64,000 bases of DNA, taken from Klebsormidium nitens. Taxonomy: Eukaryota > Plantae > Klebsormidiophyceae. Both the position numbers and the translations under genes were made by a program. How positions within the stretch are numbered: the stretch's first letter is position 1; each line of letters starts with the position of its first letter. The notes below the pieces were generated by a model, which did no database searches, was not told the origin of the DNA, and saw nothing but the letters and a program-made list of their open reading frames with translations. Location: the NCBI GenBank assembly GCA_000708835.1, contig DF237135.1:92400-156399 (forward strand), in the 5' to 3' direction. Below, piece after piece: positions 1 to 11,930 of this stretch.

Positions 1-3000
1 CGAAAAGGAAGCCTGGGGCGATGACCTGTACTTCTGCACGTTCAGCAATCAGGTGATTGTATACAAGGGCATGCTGCGCTCCGTGGTCCTGCGCAACTTC
101 TACCTGGACCTGCAGGACGAGCGCTATGCGAGCAGCTTTGCCATCTATCACCGCCGCTTCAGCACCAACACCACCCCCAAGTGGCCGCTCGCACAGCCCA
201 TGCGCTTCCTGGGGCACAACGGCGAGATCAACACGCTGCAGGTGGGGGCGCCTCTAGGCAGGCATTCACACTTATCACGCCCCTTGTTGCTGAGCTGCAG
301 TTTGCACAAGATCTTAAAAACCCTAAACACCAGAATCGCTGTGCCCGAGATGGCGCTGTAAGTGGGGTTGAAGGCGTAGAGCGTGACCACTTATTGTCGG
401 AGCTTCCTTGTATGTGCTACATCAGCATTGCAGAAAGGGGTACCCTTTCTTCCTCCTTGCTTATCATCATCAGGTCTTTCTCCTCATGCCGCCTCGTGCG
501 CCTACTTCTGCAGTTACCGAATGCACGCAAGTGACGCCAAATCGAACCTTCATCACGATACCTGTAATGCTTCATGCTTATCTTGCACCCATGGAGTTAC
601 TTGTTTGGGTGGGGATGTCTGCAGGGCAACTTGAACTGGATGAGGTCTCGGGAGGCGACGCTGAGCCACCCCATCTGGCGGGGGCGCGAGAAGGAATTTA
701 AGCCGATTGGCAGCGGCAAGGCGAGTGACAGCGCCAACCTGGACATGGTGGCCGAGGTGCTGGTGCACAGCGGCAGGACCCCCGAGGAGACCATGATGAT
801 GCTCGTGCCTGAGGCGTACAAGAACCACCCTACGCTGCAGATCAAGTACCCAGAGGTAAGCATACGCGGAATAGATCTGGGGGAATAGATCATCTGGGGG
901 GCTTCAGCCTGCTGGTGTTGCTGTAGAGGGTGTGGAGGTGCCGAAAGGAAAGGGTGTTGTGTGGCAGGGTCAGCTGTTCTCCACAGAAGAGTGTGGCAGA
1001 AACAGACAAGGCATGGGGGTAAGGCAGAAGGAGTTGTTCTGCCTAGGGCTGTGCTCATGTAAAGGTTCCATCACTTGGCCTTCATCTTTGTTTCAGCTCC
1101 TCCCGCCTCCGTGTTGCCCAAGGGTTTGTCCTTTTCTGCACTTGATGCTGAAATGGATAGAACGGGAGACCGACATGGAAAGTTTTCTTGTGCAGATTGT
1201 TGACTTCTATGAGTACTACAAGGGCCAGATGGAGGCGTGGGACGGTCCTGCCCTGCTGGTGTTTAGCAATGGCAGCCAGGTTGGATGCTGCCTCGACCGC
1301 AACGGCCTTAGGCCTGCACGGTACTGGAAGACCAACGATGACACGGTTTACGTGGCCAGTGAGGTGAGTGCCCCAGCCCCGCGTCTTGAATATTGGTCAG
1401 AAACTGAGGCTTACATTGCTGAGGACGAGGAAAAGTCGAGTTCGCCGATAAGAGGAACGTCTTCTTCTCTTTGGCAGTATCTTTGATTCTGAAGTTGGCA
1501 TATTGGTCAAATGTCAGGGCACATGGCACACTGTCTTGCTTGCTGACATGTATTTCGTTTTTGTGCATCTCTCCAGGTCGGTGTGTTGGACATTGACCCT
1601 GCCAATGTGACGATGAAGGGGCGTTTGGGGCCTGGCATGATGATCCTGGCTGATCTGGAGACCGGAGAGGTATGCAAAGCCCCCTTTTCGCGGTTCGTGT
1701 TGATATATATTGCATCTCCTAACGGAGGAATGCTTACAAAGCAGGGTGATAAATAGATGAGTTCGAGAGGGCATGTTCCACACTCCAAAATAGATGGACT
1801 ATTCTAGAGCACCGGCAATCTTGCAACGGACTGTTAGCCTGTCCGTACTTTTTGTTTGTGTCTGTTGACGCGCGGGGCCATCCTGCTTGCCAGCTACTTC
1901 ACTCCTGTTCGTCTCACTTACCCTGGATGGCCTTCTCAGGTTCTGGAGAACACGGCTGTGAAGCGGCGCGTGGCCTCCAAGTACCCGTACCACGACTGGA
2001 TGGCTGCGGCCCGCTCCTTGAACGGGGGCGGCTTCCTGGGTGGCCCCACTAAGGACGCGGATGAGGTGCTGCGGATGCAGAACACGTTTGGGTACTCAGT
2101 GGAGGACACGCAGATGGTGATTGAGGCCATGGCCAGCCAGGGCAAGGAGCCCACGTTCTGCATGGGCGACGACATCCCGTTGGCGGTCCTCTCGGCCCGG
2201 CCGCACATGCTGTACGATTACTTCAAGCAGCGCTTTGCGCAGGTGAGCGCCGGCAGAGTTATAGGGCTAGAATGATGTATCAGGTGGACGCAGAGATGAT
2301 ACCAAGCCAAATTGATTTATATTTCTGCTGAATAGGAGCTACAACAGTGTTTAAGACAAGGCTCCAAGGGTCCCATCTCTGCTTTTGATCATCAGCAACA
2401 CGGGGATGCAGTTTGGCAAAAGCTGCATCAAAACAGATCCCTTTGTGGCAGAATTGGCCGGAGCTTGTGCAAACCAGGAGTTCGTATTGCTCCCTGCTCA
2501 TATGTGATTCTCCGTGATTGCAGGTGACCAACCCTGCTATCGACCCCCTCCGTGAGGGTCTCGTCATGGGCCTGGATGTAAACATTGGCAAGCGTGGCAA
2601 CCTGCTGGACGTAGGTCCTGACAACGTGGCCAGCCAGGTGAGGTTGCTTTCGAGCAAAGGATTTTCGGGCGTACACGTCTGTCTCCTCATGGACGAGCAA
2701 CGATTCGAGCTTACCTTTTTGACACTTCCTATCTCGAGACTCGACGTGGTGGTTCCCAGGATCGAAAGCAGTTCCCTTATCTCCCTGAACCTAAGTTTGC
2801 TCTTCTTTCCGGTTTAAAGCAGTGATTGTCGTTTGCTGCTTGTTCCACGCCGTGTGCCCAGTCGCTTGAATGAGCAGTCTGGGCCCCAGTGGGCGCTCTT
2901 TCAGACATCCATGTTGACATTCTCTCACTTCGGCTACATCTTGGTTCAGGTCCGTCTGTCCTCTCCCTTCCTGACCGAGACCGAGCTGGACGACCTGGCT

Positions 3001-6000
3001 GCGGACCCCGTTCTGAAGGGCGTTCGCTTGCCCGCCTTCTTCGACGCGTCCGGAGACGCCGCAGGCTCTCTGAAGAAGGGCCTTGACGCTCTCTGCGAGG
3101 CAGCGGACAAGGCAGTCAAGGATGGTGCAGAGCTGCTCATCCTTTCCGACAGGGACGACAACCTGGTGAGGAGCCCCTGCCGTTCCTATTACTTAGGACT
3201 TCTTTCACTCCTCGAGCATCCCTTATGCGCGCCTGGTTCTCTGCGATGTGTGCCTCTTGTATGAAGTGCATGAACCCGACGCTCGTCTGCCAGAACGCTT
3301 TCCACATGGATATTTAGACCCGCTGTCACAGACTGACTGACGTCAGGAATCGCTGTCTTCTTCCCTCTAGATATTGAGCAAGGGTTTGGCTGAATCACAG
3401 ACGTTTCCGGCCTCTATATCGATTTCCGACTTACGCTCAAGCTGCTGCTGTCACAGGACGTCTCGCGACCGGCCATCCCAATGATGCTGGCGGTGGGCGC
3501 TGTGCACCACCACCTGATCTCCAACGGGCTGCGCATGCAAGCCTCCATCGTGGCTGACACCGCCCAGTGCTTCAGCACCCACCACTTTGCGTGCCTCATC
3601 GGTTATGGTGCCAGGTGAGGCCCTTTTTGGCCAAACCTTGCTTTCACTTCTGTCCTAAGACCAAGGGCCGTCGTCTGGTGATTGCTCATGTCGTCTAGGA
3701 GCGTGCTTTTTTTTCAACAGTCTTGCTGGCATCCGTCCTTGTTGCACCAAGGGGCTTGAGGCAGTGCAATGTCAAGTTGTGCGTTCTCCGGGAAGCTAAT
3801 GCATCCCAACTGTGCGTAGTCTGCTCTCACTGAAATTCGGCCACTTTCAGATCTGACTCCTTAACTTCGGTTATTGTCTGCCACTGATTCATCCCAAGAC
3901 TTGCGAGCTCAATCCTGCTCTGACACAGCATGCTTTATTGTTTTCCATCTTTAACCATATCCTATGATCACTGGTGTATACCTTGGCTAACCGCTTATCA
4001 CCATTTCTCCTTGCAGCGCGGTGTGCCCGTACCTGGCCCTCGAGACTTGCCGGCAGTGGCGCGCGAACTCCAAGACGGAAGGGTTGATGAAGCGGGGCAA
4101 GATTCCAATGACGACCAACGAGCAGGCGCAGGGCAACTACAAGAAGGCCATCAACGGCGGGCTCAAGAAGATTCTTTCCAAGATGGGCATCTCGCTTCTC
4201 TCTAGTTACAACGGCGCACAGATCTTCGAAGTCTACGGCCTCGGCAAGGACGTGATTGACTACGCGTTCCGCGGGTCTGTCAGCCGCATCGGGGGGCTGA
4301 CGCTGGACGAATTGGCCAAGGAGGCGGTGGCGTTCTGGGTGAAGGGCTTCTCGGCAGAGGCGATCAAGAAGCTGGACAACTTCGGGTTTATCCAATTCCG
4401 GCCGGGTGGCGAGTACCACGGAAACAACCCCGAGATGAGCAAGCTGCTGCACAAGGCGGTCCGCGAGAAGAACTCCGACGCGTACGCCGTCTATCAGGAG
4501 CACCTCAGCAAGCGGCCCGTCAACGTGAGCCCTTTTTATAGCTCTTTGGCCTTGTACTACTGTTTCTGTTGGCTCTTTTTGCTCTTCTGTGTGTTTCTTT
4601 GCGAGGCTGCTGGTTGCATGGATGAGACTGTAGCAGCGACGACGTGGAATCGATTGGTCTGACGCAGAATGAGCTGTAAGACTTGGGGCAGCATGACGTT
4701 GATTCTAAAACAATCGGCGATGAGAACCCGTCCGTTGAAAGATGCCCTTGCTAGGTCACTCTTATCCACCTCAGTGTCCTTGTAAGTTCCTCGCTATCGG
4801 TTGAGTTGGACTGATCTCTGGATTGCTAAAAGGGAATAAGACTTTTGACCCTTGTATGTCGCAATTGGTCACAATGAAGAAGCTTGCTGAGAAGGATGAC
4901 GAAACGCACTGGGCACCGACTTCCTCTCAGGAGGAAAGTTGACGAAATGCCATGGGCCTAGAAAACCCGGATCCGACTTCTCCGCTCCGCAGTTCTCGCA
5001 CCTCAAACTTCGTCTGTTTCGGAAGCTCATATCCGCGCTTGCACAGCAGCATTCGCTGGCTATCGGACCCCAGCCGTTTGCCTTGACTGATTCTGGTCGC
5101 TGTCCGTTCGCTTTTGAAGTTTTGCACTGCTTACCTCTCTGCTTCGCTTTCCCATTCCCACTTAGCAACCATGTGATCCCCCAGGTGTTGCGCGACATGC
5201 TGGAGATCAAGAGCGACCGGGAGCCGATTCCTCTAGAGAAGGTGGAGTCTGCGACCTCGATTGTGGAGCGCTTCTGCACGGGCGGGATGTCCCTGGGCGC
5301 CATTTCTCGGGAGACGCACGAAGCGATTGCGATTGCCATGAACCGTATCGGGGGCAAGTCCAACTCCGGGGAGGGTGGGGAGGACCCGGTTCGGTGGGAG
5401 AAGCTGAGCAACGTGGACGCTGAGGGGCAGTCTGCGACGTTGCCACACCTGCGGGGGCTACAGAACGGGGACACAGCGGGCAGCGCCATCAAGCAGGTGA
5501 GCGGGGAAGGCTTTTTGCTGCGTGAGATTGCTTCGATTGGGTTTTATCAGATTGGGCTTGCGTCCTGGCAGTGTCTTTAGTGCCAGTTGGAAGGGCGCTG
5601 TGTCAGGATTGGTTTTCCTTTGCCTCGAATTGTCACCCGAAGCTGAAGAGGCAACAAGGCACCCTTAAGCACTTGTTGTTGGCGTGCTTCGAGCGTTTCT
5701 TTCCCGTTTTTGCAGGTCGCTTCCGGCCGGTTCGGTGTGACCCCGAATTTCTTAGCGAATGCGGACCAGGTCGAAATCAAAATCGCCCAGGGGGCGAAGC
5801 CCGGGGAGGGCGGTCAGCTGCCCGGCAAGAAAGTCAGCCCGTACATTGCGTGGCTCAGGAACTCCAAGGCTGGGGTCACCCTAATTAGCCCGCCCCCGCA
5901 TCATGACATTTACTCCATTGAGGATCTTGCACAGCTCATCTACGATCTTCACCAGGTGAGAACGGCTGCCCCGTTTTGGGGTTGTCTTCGGTTTGCTTTG

Positions 6001-9000
6001 GATGGATCAGGCAGGTTGAAGAGAGTGATTCTTGTCACAAGCTCTTTGCTCAAAAGGATGCGGTCGTTGATCCTGTCATAGAGCAAAAACACCGACTTCC
6101 ATCTTGACGTGATTTCTCCGTAGGCCTCTTCTTTGGAAGAGAGCGGAGCTCTTTCGGCATAACATCCATTTCCGGCATTATGGACCGAAGCCCTTATTGC
6201 TAAGCACTGGCATCCGTAAGATCAAGCACTCGTCGGCCATTTGACACTAGCCCGCAGATCTGCTGGTCAGGATTTCTGGAAGAAGGCATTCCAGCGACTC
6301 AATCCGCAGTGGATGGGGTGCCGCAAGCCCGCCTGCCAAGCACCCTTTGACCTCTATCTCACGCCCATTTGCATTCTTCAGGTGAATCCCCGCGCCAAGG
6401 TGTCAGTGAAGCTCGTCGCAGAGGCCGGCATCGGCACAGTCGCGAGCGGCGTGGCCAAGGCCAATGCTGACATCATCCAGATTTCGGGGCACGACGGCGG
6501 CACCGGCGCATCCCCCATCAGCTCTATTAAGCACGCAGGCGGGCCCTGGGAGATGGGCCTGACCGAGACGCACCAGCAGCTACTGGCCAACGGGCTGCGC
6601 GAGCGCGTGGTTCTGCGCGTGGACGGGGGCTTCAAGAGCGGGGCTGACGTCATGATGGGCGCGCTCATGGGGGCTGACGAGTATGGGTAAGTGGACGAGC
6701 TTCGGGTTTTACGCTCCTTTACTGTGTGCCATCCGTTGGCTGAGGCTTCTGTAGGCGGAGCAAGGGTTCGTACTCCAAATTCCGATTTGCGAGCGTGATG
6801 GCTGGTGGAGTTTTACTTCTGCGGAGGAGGTTGCTTCATTACTGGCGAGGTTGCTTCATTACTGGGGGTTTTGGTTCTACTTATCAGGACCCGTTAAATG
6901 TTTTCTCGCTTCTGCTCCGCACTCAAGAGTGCTTCTCTCTGTGGAGAAAGGGCATGGATCACACTTCTATGCTTTGCCAGAGCGCTCACCCCCGGTTTTG
7001 CCTTACTCCCCCAGGTTTGGGAGCGTTGCCATGATTGCCACGGGCTGCATCATGGCCCGTATCTGCCACACCAACAACTGCCCCGTTGGAGTGGCCAGCC
7101 AGCGGGAGGAGCTGCGCGCGCGCTTCCCAGGAGTGCCTGGGGACCTGGTCAACTTCTTCTTGTACGTGGCGGAGGAGGTGAGTTTTGCTCAGAAGGTCTT
7201 TCTGGTCGTTACCGGATGTTCAAGAGGTTACCATGCAACGATGGGTTCTTTGTTGAGCTTTGAAGCGACTGGGTTGATGTTGAGCCTCTCAAGACGAAGA
7301 GGCGCCTTGGGCTTTTTAGGTCGGTAGGCCCGCGTAGAACGTTGTGGTGAGGGGGAGAGCCTGCCCACCTGGTTTGTCACCGCATATGTCTGCATACGTG
7401 GCCTGGCGAATCGGGGTGGAAGTTTATCTGCGTCTGCATCTTTGCGTGTTTTCCCCATTGCTCTCCGAACTTGGAAGAAACCACTGAACAACTTGTCCTC
7501 GATATGACAATTCCGAGGATCTTAACCACGTTCTGTAAAGCACGATTTCCAATAACGCATGGTTCCCGCCCGTCCAGGTGCGCAGCACCATGGCTAGCTT
7601 GGGCTACGAGAAGATGGACGACATCATCGGTCGCACGGACCTGCTGCAGCCGCGCGCGGACGCCGTCTTGGAGAAGACGGACAGCATCGACATGAGCTTC
7701 CTGATGCCCCCCCTCACAGAGTCCGGCAGCAGCACCGAGCGGCGGCGGCAGCCCGTGCACACCAATGGGCCCGTCCTCGACGACGAGCTCCTGGCCGACC
7801 CGGAGATCCGGGCCGCTATTGACGAGGTGATTGTGCGCTGCCAGTGTATGCTCAACGGGTCCTGGGAGATTCATTGGTTGGGTCGACTTTGTCTTCGGAG
7901 CTGCAAGTCAGTTTGTTGTTCTGCAATTTAGATTCTGGCAGTCCGAGGTGCTCGCAAGGTGCTCGCAAAGTGTTCGATTCTTGTTCAGTTCCCCCGTTGT
8001 TCGTGTCGTTGCGTCCACTTGAAAAGGGTTTGCCAGGTACCTTGAGTACTTGCTGCTGCGCCGTTGAAGCGCTGAGGACTGTTCTGATTGCAGCCGTCGC
8101 TCACTTTGCAGGAGAAGGTCGCGTCCAAGACCGTCAAGGTCGTCAATGTCGACCGCTCCACGGGAGGGCGGGTTGCGGGCGCGATCGCCAAAAAGTACGG
8201 CGACTCTGGGTTTGCGGGCGAACTCAACTTGACCTTTGAAGGCAGCGCCGGGCAGTCGTTCGGCTGCTTCCTAGTGTCTGGCTTAAACATTAAACTCATC
8301 GGGGAGGCCAACGACTACGTTGGCAAGGGCATGGCCGGGGGCGAGATTGCGATCGTTCTGCACCCGCGGTCGACCTTTGCGGCCAAGGATGCGATCATTG
8401 TCGGGAACACGTGTTTGTATGGCGCGACCGGGGGGCAGTTGTTTGTGAACGGGATGGCCGGGGAGCGGTTTGCGGTGCGGAACAGCATGGCAGAAACGGT
8501 GGTCGAGGGCACGGGGGACCACTGCTGCGAGTACATGACCGGCGGGTGTGTGGTCAGCTTGGGCAAGGTGGGCCGCAACGTAGCGGCGGGCATGACGGGC
8601 GGACTCGGCTACTTCCTGGACGAGGACGGCACGTTCGAGTCCAAGGTGAGTGCGGCTTTGTCTCTCGTGACTGTCGTTTTGTTGCGAAGGACTGCGCGGT
8701 GCTTGGCTTGATAGGGCAATGATACTACGACGTTGGTTTGGAGCTGAGCCACGTTATTTGACAGTGGAGTCAGGGCGGAGGCTTCTCGGGTTACTTTGTC
8801 TGTGTCACATATTTCGTCGTGGCTTGTTCCATGTAGATGTGTCAGTTCGGCGCACGATTAGCGTCCTGGTCGTATTGAAAACGTATTCCTATAATGTACA
8901 TGACACAATCTGTCGGGTTGTGACTTTTGAATCAACGCCTTGCAGGTAAACAAGGAGATCGTTGCTATGCAAAGAGTTGGCACTGCGGCTGGGGAAACAC

Positions 9001-9188
9001 AACTGCGGAGGCTGATCGAGGCGCATGTAGACAAAACGAACAGTGCAAAAGGCAAGCAGATTCTTGATAGCTGGGATGCTTACTTACCGAAGTTCTGGCA
9101 ATTAGTTCCGCCCAGTGAAGCTAACTCGCCCGAGGCTAATGCAGCACTCAAAGCAGCGGGAGGGCCATTGGTTGCCCAGTCGGCATAG
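1..9188 (+). CDS. GLU1: Ferredoxin-dependent glutamate synthase (Fd-GOGAT), 5'-truncated by the window edge, 16 exons visible
   Basis: Exons <2-241, 625-855, 1196-1363, 1577-1669, 1940-2242, 2524-2637, 2950-3165, 3457-3614, 4017-4524, 5185-5496, 5716-5955, 6382-6686, 7015-7177, 7578-7826, 8112-8645, 8946-9188 (TAG). All introns are GT-AG and phases are consistent. Motifs: [15 protein letters not shown] (GATase), [54 protein letters not shown], the 3Fe-4S motif [15 protein letters not shown] and the GXGXG C-domain. The short C-terminus lacks an NADH small-subunit fusion, which indicates the Fd type. Confidence 0.97.
875..901. repeat. Short tandem duplication (GAATAGATCTGGGG x2, imperfect) in GOGAT intron
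   Basis: gaatagatctgggg gaatagatcatctgggg read directly. Confidence 0.6.
6827..6865. repeat. 20-bp-period tandem duplication in GOGAT intron
   Basis: gaggttgcttcattactgg occurs at 6827 and 6847. Confidence 0.85.
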
Positions 9189-9900
9189 GAACAACTACCA
9201 TTCTTATTTGATTACAGACTTTGTAATCTTTGTTTATCGTCCACTTAAAACAGTAGTAAAAACTGGGAGTGGACCTATGCCTTGGGCATTTTACGAAAAT
9301 GGAACTTATGTCTTGTACAAAAAGGAAGTTTGCTTTATTCAACATGTTCAATTGAAATTTTGAGATTCCTGACGAATCATGTGACGTACAATGAAAGCTG
9401 TTGGTTGCACGTGCGATAATTGTTGAACCTACATGGAAGGAGTTATAGTGGATCCTCCAAGATGAGCCAGCTTTGCGGCATGAATGCAAAGCCAAGCCGA
9501 AAGCCGGAAGATTTATGTCATTTCAATAGGAAGCGCGCATTTGTACGACTACACGTGCGAAAAGTCTTTCAGGTAAACATATCAATCATGGCATGGCAAT
9601 GGGCATACCGGCGTTCATTATCAGGGGCCGACTAATGGCCTCTAGGTCTTGCTACACCCGCAAATTGAACCCACGACCCTTCGGCCAACCGTCGGCGTGA
9701 ATTGTTACTGCCGGCCAAAGCAGCCGCTCTAAGCAGAGCTCTATATTCCGAACTTCGAAGGATCCCTATTGCCGGTACCGTAGTTGCAAACGGTAGGTAC
9801 CGACTCGGAGTACCCTTGCATGGGCCTGTTGGTCATGTACTGCGGGTACCGTACCAAGGTACCGTAGGTCCCTACGAAATCCCTGTGGGGGTCGCCGCTG

Positions 9901-10071
9901 ATCTCGTGGGATCCCTGAACTCGGTTGTCAGTTCGAGGGGCCGGCTCCCGGGAGGCGATGGGGTTAGTCTGTTGGTTAGGGTAGGTTCGGATGCGAGCAC
10001 GTGGTTCTTGCAAGGGTTGGCGTTTTCAGTTTAATTTACCCGGGCAACTCAAAAGGTCACATGCATGAGAT
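9901..10071 (+). mobile_element. MITE-like element, copy A (G-rich core on +)
   Basis: Core bounded by CCCGGG at 9947 and 10039, containing ttagggtaggttcggatgcgagcacg. Weak residual inverted repeat atctcgtg (9901) / catgagat (10064). Confidence 0.6.
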
Positions 10072-10184
10072 GTACCAGTATCTACCCTGGTTGTTTTCAA
10101 GTTTCGCGGCGCTAGTCCCTGACGTTAGCTAGCGTACCCTAGTCCGTTTATGTCACTACCGTCAGATGGAAGAAATCTTGAAAA

Positions 10185-10349
10185 GTAATAAGGTTTGATA
10201 GTATTAGGATGAACCGACGAGGACGAGTGGAGTTAGTATGGTAGTTAGGGTGGGTTCGGGTGCGGAGCGAGTAAATATAAGTATTCGAATGGTTAGAGTT
10301 GGTTAAACCAGAAGATTCCTCTTCGTTATCGCTTTTAGATCCTTGTTAC
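10185..10349 (+). mobile_element. MITE-like element, copy B (G-rich core on +)
   Basis: Core ttagggtgggttcgggtgcggagcga at ~10245-10270. Residual inverted repeat gtaataaggtt (10185) / atccttgttac (10339), 9/11 matches. Confidence 0.55.
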
Positions 10350-10785
10350 CCATAAAGCTTACGGTTTTCCTGATTCAACATACCGTACGGTAGGTACGGC
10401 GAAAACGCGGTAGGTAGGTACCGGTATTGAACTCGAGCGCAGTGTGCACTTGGGAAGTCAGCACTAGGTACCTACCCATCTAGGACCTAGGTAACGTACC
10501 TCAGTAACGCATGTTGACAACACGCGGTGCAGAAATCTAGTGTCATCATGCGTATTAAAGCCCTCGATCAGCGGCAGGCTGCAGCAGGCTCCTCGGTCCT
10601 TGCGCCATTCTTTTGAGCAAAAAACGGTACCGCAGTACCTACAGGCTACTAATATCCCCCTTCCTTAACCTGCCTTAACCTTGCATGTGAATTCCATAGA
10701 CGCCTAACCATACCGGTTAAAACCCGGTGTAGGTAGGTAGTATGTGTAGGACGATAGGGTACCTAGGTGGGTACGGTAACTAAAA

Positions 10786-10850
10786 GCCGGGCAGTTCACA
10801 TCAACCGTCAGTGGTCAGTGGTCACCCGCATCTCAGACTCTAGCTACCTA
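10786..10850 (-). repeat. Degenerate partial copy of the same element
   Basis: ccgggcagttcacatcaacc...tcacccgcat resembles copy C cccgggcagtcaaactaaac...tcacccgctc. Confidence 0.35.
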
Positions 10851-11433
10851 CCTAGGCCATTTTAAGCCTAGCCAGTCAAACCGTAGAGGTCGAGGAAGTG
10901 CGAACGTGGCAACACTGGGGCCGGCTGCTGGCAACGAAATCGGCAAACGACATCATCGGTACAGGTGTGGTTATAGGTACCTAGTTTAACAGTATGACCA
11001 GTCAAGGGATTGAATCGGACAGCTCTCAAACTGCATCGAGGCCGTCCATACCCATCGGACGGAGGGTGGGCTTGTCCGAAGCGTTTTAGAAATTGGATTG
11101 ACATCATTGCTGGCGTTTTAATCCCGAACCGGTTAAGACCGGGCCCAGGTTGGCCCGGTCCTAGGTACCTACCTATGTAACAAAATTCTTCAATTGAGTT
11201 TATGAAATTTGGAAATTTGGGAGAGCCAATTTTTCCGATTTCGTAAGTGTGGTACGGTACCGTACCTCCCAAGCAACGCCCCGGCTGCTTCAACAGTGGC
11301 GGCCAATGCCCCCGGGCGGCGAAAGTTTGACACAACACCGCAACGTACAGCGGCGCGACGGGCGGTAATAGTACACGCCGTACAGATAGGTACATACCTA
11401 GGATACCTACCTATTTGTCAACTATCGGGTACA

Positions 11434-11592
11434 ACTTAACAGGCGTGTGACCTAACATTCAAGCTACCCGGGCAGTCAAACTAAACACTTTAACCGAGAT
11501 AATCACCCGCTCCGCACCCCAACCCACCCTAACCATCTTACCTACCCTACCCGTCTCCCGGGAACCTATCTCAAGTCAAACGCCTGCTAAGT
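11434..11592 (-). mobile_element. MITE-like element, copy C (core inverted)
   Basis: CCCGGG at 11467 and 11557. The reverse complement of the core reads ttagggtgggttggggtgcggagcgg. Inverted repeat acttaacaggcgtgtgac (11434-11451) / gtcaaacgcctgctaagt (11575-11592), 16/18 matches. Confidence 0.75.
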
Positions 11593-11711
11593 CCCGCAGA
11601 GTTGCCAGAATCTACATCAGTGTCAGGAATTCCGAATTTCCGCAAGCTACCGTACACCTTCAATTATTCGTCGGCAACTTCCTGCCATGGTGCTGAACAG
11701 TTGTGTGGTCT

Positions 11712-11734
11712 GATCGAAGGGGGCCCCTTCGATC
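11712..11734. other. 23-bp near-perfect palindrome upstream of the F-box gene
   Basis: GATCGAAGGGG-G-CCCCTTCGATC, 11-bp arms with a 1-nt spacer, ~200 bp upstream of the ATG at 11931. Confidence 0.8.
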
Positions 11735-11930
11735 CTGAGTCGTAGGCCAAAACTTCAAGTTGAACGTGCTGATTTAGGTAGCGCTGGGTAGACGTCGACA
11801 AGTACCTTCTTCCCGCTCACCCTGAAGGACCTTGCTAAGGTGGTCGAGGAGACCTATGTGTACTTGCTTCAATGCAGGTTTAACGAAGGAGGTCGATTTG
11901 TAGGCCTCTTCAATCAGCCAGAGAGAAAAG

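Larger units (their letters stand above)
9770..11600. repeat. Palindrome-rich repeat island (GGTACC/GTAC/CTAG-rich) containing several MITE-like core elements
   Basis: GGTACC at 9774, 9796, 9845, 9858, 10417, 10467, 10626, 10758, 10976, 11164 and 11256. Perfect 16-bp palindrome GGTACGGTACCGTACC at 11251-11266. No credible coding exon. Confidence 0.8.

Noticed and set aside
3889-4503. Long antisense ORFs over GOGAT, helicase, NPP and orphan-gene exons (e.g. 3889-4503, 4869-5492, 59111-59761)
   Set aside because: These are expected shadows of GC3-rich coding exons. They have no independent motifs or splice logic.
9655-9720. tRNA T-arm-like GGTCGTGGGTTCAA on the minus strand
   Set aside because: No D-arm or A-box and no acceptor-stem pairing. 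Not a supportable tRNA or SINE.
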